DNA from: an uncultured Gammaproteobacteria bacterium
Lineage (GTDB): Bacteria; Patescibacteriota; Patescibacteriia; UBA9570
Direction: 5' to 3'
NCBI GenBank assembly: GCA_964474735.1
Contig: CAYYTZ010000001.1
Location: forward strand, 1 to 32,942
Length of the DNA: 32,942 nucleotides
In this document: one piece after another, positions 24,307-32,330 of the stretch
Layout: the number at the start of each line of letters is the position of its first letter
Position numbering within the stretch: position 1 is the first letter of the stretch
The notes under the pieces: model-generated
Databases searched by the model: none
The model's input: only the letters and a program-made list of their open reading frames with translations
Told to the model about the DNA's origin: nothing
Made by a program: the position numbers and the translations under genes

Positions 24307-24823
24307 TCTTCTGCTGCAAACATTTTTATTTCTGTTACCGGCCGGAATGGCAAATATGGCCCCAGTGGTTTTCCGTTTTATCCCTTGGGGAAATCAACCG
24401 ATCGATTTTGGATACATGTTTCATGGAAGAAGAATGATTGGAAGCCAAAAAACCATTCGTGGTTTTGTTTCGGGGTCGATTATGGCAGTTACTGGCGTTT
24501 ATTTTATACGGTATTTATGGCCGGCTGCACTTTTAGAGCCAGCCATCCAAACACCCATATTATGGGGATTGGCGTTAGGTTTTGGTGCACTGACCGGAGA
24601 TGCCGTGAAAAGCTTTTTTAAACGACAAAGGGAGATTGCTTCAGGAAAATCGTGGCCACCATTTGATCAAATTGACTGGATATTTGGAGCGCTATTTTTT
24701 ACATTCCCATTTGGCGTAGTAACCTGGCCGTTGGCACTAACAGCATTACTGCTCTTTGGGCCATTGCATCCATTAATAAATATTATCGGGCGGTTGATAG
24801 GTCTAAAAAAGAATTGGTTATAG
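24293..24823 (+). CDS. CarS-like (DUF46/PF01864, CDP-archaeol-synthase family) membrane cytidylyltransferase
   Basis: LLPAGMANMAPVV...PIDFG...GRRMIGSQKTIRGF...GALTGDAVKSFFKRQ...PPFDQIDWIFGALFF matches the conserved blocks of archaeal CarS as I recall them. The gene overlaps the upstream gene by 14 nt. Confidence 0.72.
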   Translation: MHMTNLLLQTFLFLLPAGMANMAPVVFRFIPWGNQPIDFGYMFHGRRMIGSQKTIRGFVSGSIMAVTGVYFIRYLWPAALLEPAIQTPILWGLALGFGALTGDAVKSFFKRQREIASGKSWPPFDQIDWIFGALFFTFPFGVVTWPLALTALLLFGPLHPLINIIGRLIGLKKNWL

Positions 24824-25046
24824 GTCCAGGCGCATTATTACCTTTTACAGCTATAAAAAAAACGATGGCAAAATCCTTTTACTTGGCGTTGGACGTTTAG
24901 ACATTTTCCATTTCAACTTGATTATATTTTATTGCCGGAAGATTGCGCCATTGAAAGAAAGAAAATATTTAGGAAATCATTTGGCAGCGATCATCATCCC
25001 ATCATGGTAGAAATTTAGAGGCTTAAAATTTTTTTTATATTTGCTA

Positions 25047-25076
25047 TTGACATGTAAAATGACATCATCGTATACT
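25047..25076 (+). promoter_or_regulatory. Strong promoter for the Lys-rich microprotein
   Basis: TTGACA (25047-52) is followed by an 18-nt spacer and TATACT (25071-76). A GGAGGTGA SD lies at about 25118-25125. Confidence 0.6.
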
Positions 25077-25130
25077 ATAGGTACGTACAATCTCTCATTT
25101 AAAAAAATTTTACGAGAGGAGGTGAGAAAA

Positions 25131-25238
25131 ATGGCAAAGAAAAAAAAGGTTACCAAAAAAACTGCTAAGAAAAAAACAACGAAGCGTAAGGCTACGAAAA
25201 AGAAAACTGCAAAAAGAAAAACCAAGAAGCGTCGTTAG
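25131..25238 (+). CDS. 35-aa Lys/Arg/Thr-rich basic microprotein (histone-H1-tail-like composition)
   Basis: The protein is MAKKKKVTKKTAKKKTTKRKATKKKTAKRKTKKRR. It has the best SD in the window, its own promoter and its own terminator. The ORF-track start at 25041 precedes the SD and is rejected. Confidence 0.55.
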   Translation: MAKKKKVTKKTAKKKTTKRKATKKKTAKRKTKKRR

Positions 25239-25250
25239 TAAGCAGACATA

Positions 25251-25283
25251 AAAATCCCCTGACAAAATTTCAGGGGATTTTTA
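25251..25283. terminator. Bidirectional rho-independent terminator
   Basis: The stem AATCCCCTGA (25253-62) pairs with TCAGGGGATT (25270-79). An A-tract lies upstream and TTTTT downstream. It sits between the convergent microprotein and amidase genes. Confidence 0.8.
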
Positions 25284-25293
25284 GTTACAGCTA

Positions 25294-27069
25294 TTAGTTT
25301 TTATCAACGCGTAAACTATGTACGCTACGAGAGCCAGGAATCAAGGTACCATCTGCCGTCGCGAGTTGAATTTTTAAGGTGTAAGTGCCGGGTGCCAAAT
25401 TAGCTGCCACGGCATACGGTAATTCAAGGTTAAGCTCTTCCCCTGTGATTACGGCCTGTTTTATGGTTTTTTGAGTTGTGCCATTTACTAAGAGGGTAGT
25501 ACCAGCTGACCAATTGGCAGTGCCGGTATTTTGGGCGGAAAATGAGATAATTGGCGTCCAGCCAGTTTGAATGGCCAATGGCAAATTAACCGTGCCCAAA
25601 GTGGCTTCATACGCATTAGTGATAGTAATAGGATAGCGGTGGGTACTACCGGGAACAACCAGACCATGGCGATACAGTTTTGAAACCAAAGTGTAGGTGC
25701 CAGAATGTTTTGGTAAAATAGTAACTGCAGCAGAAAAAGTTTGAGTGGCATTAGCCGAAACCGTATTTAGTAAATCTACGCGTTGATGTTTACCTGTTTC
25801 AACAATAGAAAGCTGCAGCGCACTAGTGGTGGGTTTCCAGGCCAAACTTCCTACATTCGCATAGGTGAATGATAGGTTGGGTGTGTCTGTGCCAGCATAA
25901 GTTGTTGCTGTATCACTAGCTTGCCATTGAGCGCGGATAGCTTGATTGGCGGCTTGTAATAAAATATATTTGCTGTTGGCAGCCGAACGAATAGAATCAA
26001 GTTGGTTGTAGACAATTTCTCCCGGACAATAGGTGTAATCAACCGTGCGATGACCAATTATGTTTGGCGTTTTTTCACCGTGCCATTTTTTTGAGCCAGC
26101 CGGATCAAATTCAGCTGCATTAGCAACCGAACTAATTAGGTCGGTTAAAGCCGCATTGACTGTTTCGGTATATTCAGAAACGATTGAGCAAGCGCCGGTA
26201 GTTGTTTCAAAACAACCCAACAAAGAAATGCCCACGCTCCCGACATTATAATTTACATCGGTAATATCATTATAGGTGTGAGCACCAATCACCCCAGTAC
26301 CACCGGCTCGACCTTCATAAATATTACCTTGTTGATCAATTAGATAGTTATAACCAAGATCGCCCCAACCCAGTACTACGGCATGCCAATAATATATCCC
26401 ACGAACAGTGGCCGCCGGATCTTCAGCTCCACTACCGCCAGCCGTGTGATGAAGGATAATTTTTTTTGGCGTACTGTATTCGGGTTCCCAGGTCAGATAT
26501 GAATCGTCGGCGCCCCATTCGGCCCGACTAATAATTTTTGGTGAATCCGTTTGGAGTGAACGTTTAAGGCTGTGGGCGACGGTACTTAATAATGAACGTT
26601 GTGGTGCGGTGGTCGAATCAAAATACGTTAAACGAACATTACGCACTTTCGACGTGTCCGAACCAGTCAGACGATAGCGCAAGCGTTGACCGGAAGCAAA
26701 TAATGGAGCAGACGTAAAATATTCCGTTTCATCTTTGGCGTCCTCACCCTGCATGGCCAAAGTTTGCCAATCTTCGGCATCAACGGATAAAGCAAAAGTT
26801 ACGTCGGCATTTTGCGGTCCGCTCCAAGTTAAACCAACACCGTTGAATGGAAATTCTGCCGAAAATTCCGGAGAAATATATTCATTATTTGTACGGTCAG
26901 TTGCGTTAGCGCTGATCATGATATCGCTAGGGGTGTGGCTAATGCTGTTGGCGCGTGTACCGCTTTCGTCGGCGGCGGCGGTGTTAATAAGAGCAACAGC
27001 AAAAAATAATAAAAAAAGCCCGACGAAGCATGTAATAATCTGAATTGGCGAGCTAGTTTTTGTAGGCAT
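25294..27069 (-). CDS. Secreted N-acetylmuramoyl-L-alanine amidase (Amidase_2/PGRP domain) with C-terminal beta-rich repeats
   Basis: An N-terminal signal/TM segment is followed by the amidase_2 core ISRAEWGAD...IILHHTAGG...GWGDLGYNYLID..GNIYEGRAGG...GAHT...N..SVGISLLG. Confidence 0.82.
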   Translation of the reverse strand: MPTKTSSPIQIITCFVGLFLLFFAVALINTAAADESGTRANSISHTPSDIMISANATDRTNNEYISPEFSAEFPFNGVGLTWSGPQNADVTFALSVDAEDWQTLAMQGEDAKDETEYFTSAPLFASGQRLRYRLTGSDTSKVRNVRLTYFDSTTAPQRSLLSTVAHSLKRSLQTDSPKIISRAEWGADDSYLTWEPEYSTPKKIILHHTAGGSGAEDPAATVRGIYYWHAVVLGWGDLGYNYLIDQQGNIYEGRAGGTGVIGAHTYNDITDVNYNVGSVGISLLGCFETTTGACSIVSEYTETVNAALTDLISSVANAAEFDPAGSKKWHGEKTPNIIGHRTVDYTYCPGEIVYNQLDSIRSAANSKYILLQAANQAIRAQWQASDTATTYAGTDTPNLSFTYANVGSLAWKPTTSALQLSIVETGKHQRVDLLNTVSANATQTFSAAVTILPKHSGTYTLVSKLYRHGLVVPGSTHRYPITITNAYEATLGTVNLPLAIQTGWTPIISFSAQNTGTANWSAGTTLLVNGTTQKTIKQAVITGEELNLELPYAVAANLAPGTYTLKIQLATADGTLIPGSRSVHSLRVDKN

Positions 27070-27091
27070 TTTTTTATTTTTGAGTGCGAGC

Positions 27092-27120
27092 AGTATAGCA
27101 AAAAAAAGACCTTTCGTCTA
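27092..27120 (-). promoter_or_regulatory. Amidase promoter (copy A of the shared T8-GCTATACTG module)
   Basis: On the - strand, TAGACG is followed by a 17-nt spacer containing T8 and then TATACT. The leader TCAAAAATAAAAAA then runs to the ATG at 27069. Confidence 0.5.
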
Positions 27121-27143
27121 GGCCGCATGAGCACCAGATGTGT

Positions 27144-28310
27144 TCAATTTGTAGTGGGATGGATTGTCGTGTCTGCTAGTGTCAGAATAATCCAAAAAAC
27201 AATTGCCAAATCATTTTTGAAATATGGCACATCAACTAAGCCGTATATTAAGATGGCCACCATACCACACAGCAAAATAATTGCCGGACAATTTTTTACT
27301 ATAAGCAATCGCCAACCAAATCTACCGACTACAAAAATTAACCATAGTAGACCAACTAAACCTAATTCAACCCAAAAATCTAAAATAATATTGTGCGGGT
27401 ACAATAGCAGTTCCACATGGCGATCCAATTTATATTGAGCGTATAAATCTGGGAAACCCGCTAAGCCGGCACCGGTGAGCGGGTGGTGCAGCAGCAGATT
27501 AGCCGTTCCTTGCCATAAAGCTAAGCGTACTTCACCGGAAGTATTTTGCATTAAAATTATTTCACGGGTGGGCGTGAACAATAGCAGTGCAATGAACATA
27601 AGCGCAGAACCAAACACAACCCACCACCAGCGTGTGAACAGTAAACAAGAGGCCACTGCTGCGAACACGGCCACCACCGCACCATCACTGCGCGACCAAA
27701 CAACCGCCAGACAGCCCAGTAAAAAGATCGGCAAGAACCATTGTTTGTGTGTACCGCGCTGTAACAAATGAGCGGCCAGGAGTGCTAACAGTGGCGCTAG
27801 GGTTAAACCGACGGCATTTGGGTAATCATAAACACTAGTAATGCGAAATTCGTCACCGGGGATGTTCCAAGGTGCCGGGATACCGTAGCCGGTCAGTAAT
27901 TGCCATATACCTATAGTGCCTATAAACACAATTAGTAGCGCGAACGCTTGAAGGATGGCCTCAAGCCGTGGGCGGATGGTTAGAACCATTATACCTACCA
28001 ACATTGGCGCAATAATATAGCTTTTATAGAGACCAAGCGCGGCCATGGTGTTTGCTGATATGATTACCGCGATTAAACCAATTATCGCAAAACTACCCAT
28101 GATATATTTCCAAATTCCCATACATAATACTCCAAGACGCGCCTGACGATATAATAATATGCAAGTGAGAAAGCTCACAACTACAACCACATCTAACACA
28201 TTTAAGCGAATACCCGCAATTTCAAAACGAACCAGATAAGTTGGCAGCAAAACAATCAAGCTCTGCAGTAAACGTTCACCCCAGTATTTAGACGTTTTGT
28301 TTATCTCCAT
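27144..28310 (-). CDS. O-antigen-ligase/Wzy_C-family polytopic membrane protein
   Basis: The protein has at least 10 TM helices. It carries the Wzy_C-like block WSRSDGAVVAVFAAV ... RLALWQGTANLLLHHPLTGAGLAGF. Confidence 0.72.
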   Translation of the reverse strand: MEINKTSKYWGERLLQSLIVLLPTYLVRFEIAGIRLNVLDVVVVVSFLTCILLYRQARLGVLCMGIWKYIMGSFAIIGLIAVIISANTMAALGLYKSYIIAPMLVGIMVLTIRPRLEAILQAFALLIVFIGTIGIWQLLTGYGIPAPWNIPGDEFRITSVYDYPNAVGLTLAPLLALLAAHLLQRGTHKQWFLPIFLLGCLAVVWSRSDGAVVAVFAAVASCLLFTRWWWVVFGSALMFIALLLFTPTREIILMQNTSGEVRLALWQGTANLLLHHPLTGAGLAGFPDLYAQYKLDRHVELLLYPHNIILDFWVELGLVGLLWLIFVVGRFGWRLLIVKNCPAIILLCGMVAILIYGLVDVPYFKNDLAIVFWIILTLADTTIHPTTN

Positions 28311-29724
28311 GCAATATAATATTTTGAACGGTAATCAATAATCCAATCGTAAACCAGATGTGGGTGATATACAAGACCGAAAAAGTATTGTACTGCACCA
28401 AAATACCGCCAAGGGCTGCAGTTAAGCCTAATAACACGGCACGTAATAGCGGATCTTTCGTGGCGGTTAGCCAAGCTTTAATGGAGCGGGCAAACAACAT
28501 AAGCATAGCGATGCTAAAACAGACTAAACCCAGAATGCCAGTTTCCGCGAGTAATTCAATATATTCATTATTAACGATGGCATAACCCTCATTTGGAACA
28601 ATTCGTGGGTGGTAGGAAGAGTACGGACCAAAGCTACCGGGACCAATTCCAATCCAGGGGTGATTTACCCAAATAGTTTCGGCGCTTGAAAAAGTTTCAA
28701 CGCGTTCTTCATAAGAAGCGCCGCCGAATAAATTTGTGACGTGCGTGGCAAAGCTGGTCAACTGTTCGCCCACATTTAAAAAACGTAGTGCTAATAACGC
28801 AACGATGCCGCAGATAACTAACCCAGCTGTAATATTTCGTATAGTGAAGACTTGTTTAAAGTACGCCAGAACGATAACCATACAACTAGCGGCAAATGCA
28901 ATGTAACCACCACGCGAAACCGTAAGCACTAAATTTAATCCGGCAATAATAATTAAACCAAATAACCAATATGATTTTATTTTGCTGGCCCGACTAAACC
29001 AGAGCGTGGCCGCTAAACACAATGGAATCAGCAAGTAGTTGGCAAAATATAATGGCTCCAAAGCGGTTGATTGAATGCGTGGGAAACCTAAGATGTCTTT
29101 GGTGTATTGTTCGCGTAAGCCGGTTAAACTGGTAGGCAAACCAACCAAATCACCGGCAAATTGATAGAGGCCAAAAATACACACAACCGCCGCGCTGATT
29201 AGTAATATTTTTATTAGCATTGCTACTTGGTTGCGATGACGAATAACATTTGGCACAGCCATGGAAAGAATAACAGTAAAAAGTGTAAAACTAAAAACTA
29301 ACAGTGAGCGTTGCAAATATGGAGCATTGCTGAGGGCTAATACATTAATAATGAGAAAGGCGCAGATAGGAATGAAAATTGGGTAACTGCGCAGCTTAAA
29401 TTTTTGCAGCAGCAAGCCACGACCTAGCCAAGCCGTGAGGCTGAGGATAGCTAGCACCTGACTAATGCGAACAGTCATGCCACCAATATCAACCGAACCA
29501 ATGCGTTCGAACGGCAAAAAGAAAGCTAATAAATATAATCCAATAAGAGGGTTCACCACTGTGATTACACTAATTGCAAAACCGATAATAAACGCGACCA
29601 GGAGCTTGAATGGCAAAAAGACCACGCCATAACTTAATCCAATGGCTAGGGCTAGGGCGCCTAAACCAAGCGTGCTATAAAGCAGCCAGGGACGAATTTT
29701 AGCGGTTGCAAAAAAGCGCATCAT
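28288..29724 (-). CDS. O-antigen-ligase/Wzy_C-family polytopic membrane protein (paralogue)
   Basis: The Wzy_C-like block is TVSRGGYIAFAASCMV ... RVETFSSAETIWVNHPWIGIGPGSF. Confidence 0.72.
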   Translation of the reverse strand: MMRFFATAKIRPWLLYSTLGLGALALAIGLSYGVVFLPFKLLVAFIIGFAISVITVVNPLIGLYLLAFFLPFERIGSVDIGGMTVRISQVLAILSLTAWLGRGLLLQKFKLRSYPIFIPICAFLIINVLALSNAPYLQRSLLVFSFTLFTVILSMAVPNVIRHRNQVAMLIKILLISAAVVCIFGLYQFAGDLVGLPTSLTGLREQYTKDILGFPRIQSTALEPLYFANYLLIPLCLAATLWFSRASKIKSYWLFGLIIIAGLNLVLTVSRGGYIAFAASCMVIVLAYFKQVFTIRNITAGLVICGIVALLALRFLNVGEQLTSFATHVTNLFGGASYEERVETFSSAETIWVNHPWIGIGPGSFGPYSSYHPRIVPNEGYAIVNNEYIELLAETGILGLVCFSIAMLMLFARSIKAWLTATKDPLLRAVLLGLTAALGGILVQYNTFSVLYITHIWFTIGLLITVQNIILHGDKQNV

Positions 29725-30844
29725 ATTCTTGAATCATACGCTTTTCTTGGAAGAGCTCCAAAACTCGCACTCGCCCGCTACTGGCTTTATAAACAGCCAG
29801 TTGGTAGTTGGAGTACACATCTAACAGAGCCTCAGCTAAAGCCGCCGGCCGCTGTGGTGGCACTAACCAACCGTAACGATCAACTATTTCCGTTAGGCCG
29901 CCGGTAGTAGTAGCAACAACTGGTTTAACTGTGGCAAACGCTTCAATCATCACGATGCCAAAAGTTTCTCGCCGGGTTGATGGCAGCACTAATACATCAC
30001 ACTGCTTTATCCAGTAGGGGATGTTTTCTTGAAATCCGGCAAATTCTACAATATCGGAAATCTCTAATTCCTGGGTTAGTGCTTCAAGATCAGCTCGCCA
30101 ATCACCCTCACCCACTAACGTTAAATGGGCTTGTGGTAAAGTTGTTCTAATTTGAGCCACGGCGCGGAGCAAATCATCAATACCTTTTTCCGTAGCTAAA
30201 CGGCCAATAAAAAGAATGCGAAATTGCGTGTTTAATTCTACTACGTTTGATGGGCTGGGAGTGAAGGCTTTCACATCAACGGCATTATAAATTACGGCAA
30301 TACGTTTTTCCGGAACACCTAATTGTTTAAGTTGGTCTTTCACTGCTTCGACTACAGTAACCACAGTGGCGAACCGTGACCATAATATATACAAAACGCG
30401 TAGCGGGTTGGCAATAAGCCAGCGTTCAATTTGCAAGTGTTCCATCCAAATAACTTTAATACCAAGCAGTTTGGCCCACGGTGTTAGGAGAACTTTTTCA
30501 GTTAAAGATAAACAAAATAGGGTGTCGACATGAAAACGAATTTTGTAAACTAGTAGATAACGGAGTAGATTAGCTAAAATCAATGGAGCAGTAACAAAAA
30601 ACCACAACAGCGCCTGTGGCGTGACCGGTTCGGTACCAGCCCAGGCAGTGGCGGCTGGCCAGTGGCGTTTCTGGAATTCTTTCAATAAAACACTGCAAGT
30701 CGAAAGTAAATAAAAATCATGTTGATCACGTAATCGTTCAACTAGCGTGATGGTCTGTTTCTCACCCCCACCATAAGTTGATGAGTAAGGGAATTTGAGG
30801 ATCAAGATATGACGACGTTTTTTTGCTATACATGGTGTGGTCAT
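29699..30844 (-). CDS. GT4-family glycosyltransferase
   Basis: The GT-B C-terminal domain carries the E-x7-E region: VLVLPSTRRETFGIVMIEAFATVKPVVATTTGGLTEIV. Confidence 0.88.
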   Translation of the reverse strand: MTTPCIAKKRRHILILKFPYSSTYGGGEKQTITLVERLRDQHDFYLLSTCSVLLKEFQKRHWPAATAWAGTEPVTPQALLWFFVTAPLILANLLRYLLVYKIRFHVDTLFCLSLTEKVLLTPWAKLLGIKVIWMEHLQIERWLIANPLRVLYILWSRFATVVTVVEAVKDQLKQLGVPEKRIAVIYNAVDVKAFTPSPSNVVELNTQFRILFIGRLATEKGIDDLLRAVAQIRTTLPQAHLTLVGEGDWRADLEALTQELEISDIVEFAGFQENIPYWIKQCDVLVLPSTRRETFGIVMIEAFATVKPVVATTTGGLTEIVDRYGWLVPPQRPAALAEALLDVYSNYQLAVYKASSGRVRVLELFQEKRMIQEYDALFCNR

Positions 30845-32250
30845 AGGCGCAGAACGTCTTTAAGCTCGGTTATAGTAATGCCGCGCACACCAAGTAGCGC
30901 TCCTACATACACAACGGCGGCTACCGGAATAACCAACCAAACTAAAATGCCCATTATCCCTGTGGCGGCGGCAATTTTAGCTGGGCCAAGTAACTGGGGA
31001 CGAGCCTTAGTTGTGCGATAAATAAGCCAGCTAGCAATCAACACCATGGTGGTTTCTGAATACACTGTAACCGCGGCTGCACCATAATATGAGTAGGACG
31101 GAATCAGCCATAAATAGCCGCAGAGGGCAGTAGCGGCCACAAAGCCATAACCCCACAATATCGCTCGTTGCTGATTGATAATCACCACAACGTATCCAGT
31201 CAGCGTGCCAACAAAAATCATTCCAACCGCGATAATTAATACACTTAGTAATTGACCCAACACCAGCGGGTTATCGGTATAATCTTTACCAGCCACTAAT
31301 AGCATAATTGGTTGCGCTAAGATCATACTACCAACTACCATTGGCAGCGCCATAATCAATAAAAAATTAATTGAGCGGGCGTAGAGTTGGCGAAATTTTT
31401 CTATATTTCCAGCGACAAAAGCTTGGCTTAATACCGGCATCAACAACCCAACCACCATGGCGGGCAAGGTAATAAGCACTTCCAGCATTTTATAGGGAGC
31501 GCCATAAATACCTACCACTTTTTGTGAGTGAAATAAGGCTAATAACAGCGAATCGGATTTAAAATAAACCAGGTTTAGCGCAATCGCCAGTGCGACGGGC
31601 CAGCTTTCCATAAAGACTTGTCGCCAAATTTTGAAATCAAAGGCTAAACGCATAGTGGTGTAGCGGCGTAGACCGAACCAAAGAATCAGAGTTTGGGTGA
31701 AGCCACCAGCCACAATCGCGCCCATCACGGCTAATAATCCAGCTTGCCAAACATACACTACCAGCAGGGTTGAGAGGAACATGATGAATTTTCCGGCAAT
31801 CTCCGCTAACGCTACTCGTTTTAGGTTTTGACCTTGTTGGTAAACCGCCAAAAACAATTGATTGAGTGTGATAAATAAATAGTTGATGGCAACTACTACC
31901 ACAGCCAGTTTTACAATTTCTGGAAAATTTGGAATCAACCAGACCGTGGTACAGGCAATAAATAAAAATAACAAGGCGGTAACTAAACGAAAAGTAAAAA
32001 TATTATGAAAGAGCCGATGATCGGCATTGGCTTTTGTAGCGATGTGTTTGAGTAGAATAACATAGAGCCCTAAATCCATCACAATGCCGAACAACTGTAG
32101 ATATGTCATGGCTGTTATATAGTTGCCATTTTTTTCATCGCCCAAATAACGGTTTAATATAATAACAGCACCAAACCCTAAGGCGGTGCCGATAAATTTT
32201 CCGGCAAATTGGACAGCAGTGTTGCGCGCGACTTGGCGTAAAAGTGACAT
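30841..32250 (-). CDS. Wzx-type polysaccharide flippase (MOP superfamily)
   Basis: The protein has at least 12 TM helices and the N-terminus MSLLRQVARNTAVQFAGKFIG...ILNRYLG. The ATG at 32250 is preferred over the TTG at 32316 because a consensus promoter lies between them. Its stop overlaps the GT4 start (ATGA). Confidence 0.85.
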   Translation of the reverse strand: MSLLRQVARNTAVQFAGKFIGTALGFGAVIILNRYLGDEKNGNYITAMTYLQLFGIVMDLGLYVILLKHIATKANADHRLFHNIFTFRLVTALLFLFIACTTVWLIPNFPEIVKLAVVVVAINYLFITLNQLFLAVYQQGQNLKRVALAEIAGKFIMFLSTLLVVYVWQAGLLAVMGAIVAGGFTQTLILWFGLRRYTTMRLAFDFKIWRQVFMESWPVALAIALNLVYFKSDSLLLALFHSQKVVGIYGAPYKMLEVLITLPAMVVGLLMPVLSQAFVAGNIEKFRQLYARSINFLLIMALPMVVGSMILAQPIMLLVAGKDYTDNPLVLGQLLSVLIIAVGMIFVGTLTGYVVVIINQQRAILWGYGFVAATALCGYLWLIPSYSYYGAAAVTVYSETTMVLIASWLIYRTTKARPQLLGPAKIAAATGIMGILVWLVIPVAAVVYVGALLGVRGITITELKDVLRL

Positions 32251-32262
32251 AGAAACCTTGCT

Positions 32263-32291
32263 ACTATACCGATTTGCGTTGACTAAGTCAA
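32263..32291 (-). promoter_or_regulatory. Promoter of the operon encoding the flippase, GT4 and two Wzy-like proteins
   Basis: On the - strand, TTGACT (32291..32286) is followed by a 17-nt spacer and TATAGT (32268..32263). The ATG at 32250 follows 12 nt later. Confidence 0.6.
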
Positions 32292-32307
32292 TTTTTTTTG
32301 CTATACT
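32279..32307 (+). promoter_or_regulatory. Promoter of the SpoIID-like gene (copy B of the shared T8-GCTATACTG module)
   Basis: TTGACT (32279-84) is followed by a 17-nt spacer containing T8 and then TATACT (32302-07). The leader TCAAAAATAAAAATAAAT runs to the ATG at 32331. Confidence 0.6.
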
Positions 32308-32330
32308 GAGTTTCAAAAATAAAAATAAAT

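Noticed and set aside
24824-25046. A 223-nt gene-free stretch downstream of the CarS-like gene as a possible ncRNA or riboswitch
   Set aside because: I found no convincing stable helices, terminator or known RNA motif by eye. The only long-range complementarity is short (ggcgca with tgcgcc). It would need an Rfam or covariance scan and RNA-seq to evaluate.
25091-25122. A TCTCTC...GAGAGG pairing that could occlude the SD of the microprotein
   Set aside because: It is only 6 bp, includes a G-U pair and has an A/T loop of about 17 nt. That is too weak to call a regulatory structure.
24977-25225. An 82-aa Phe/Val-rich ORF on the - strand
   Set aside because: It is the mirror image of the AAG/AAA-rich Lys microORF and its promoter region. 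The + strand has the promoter, SD and terminator, and the - strand has none.
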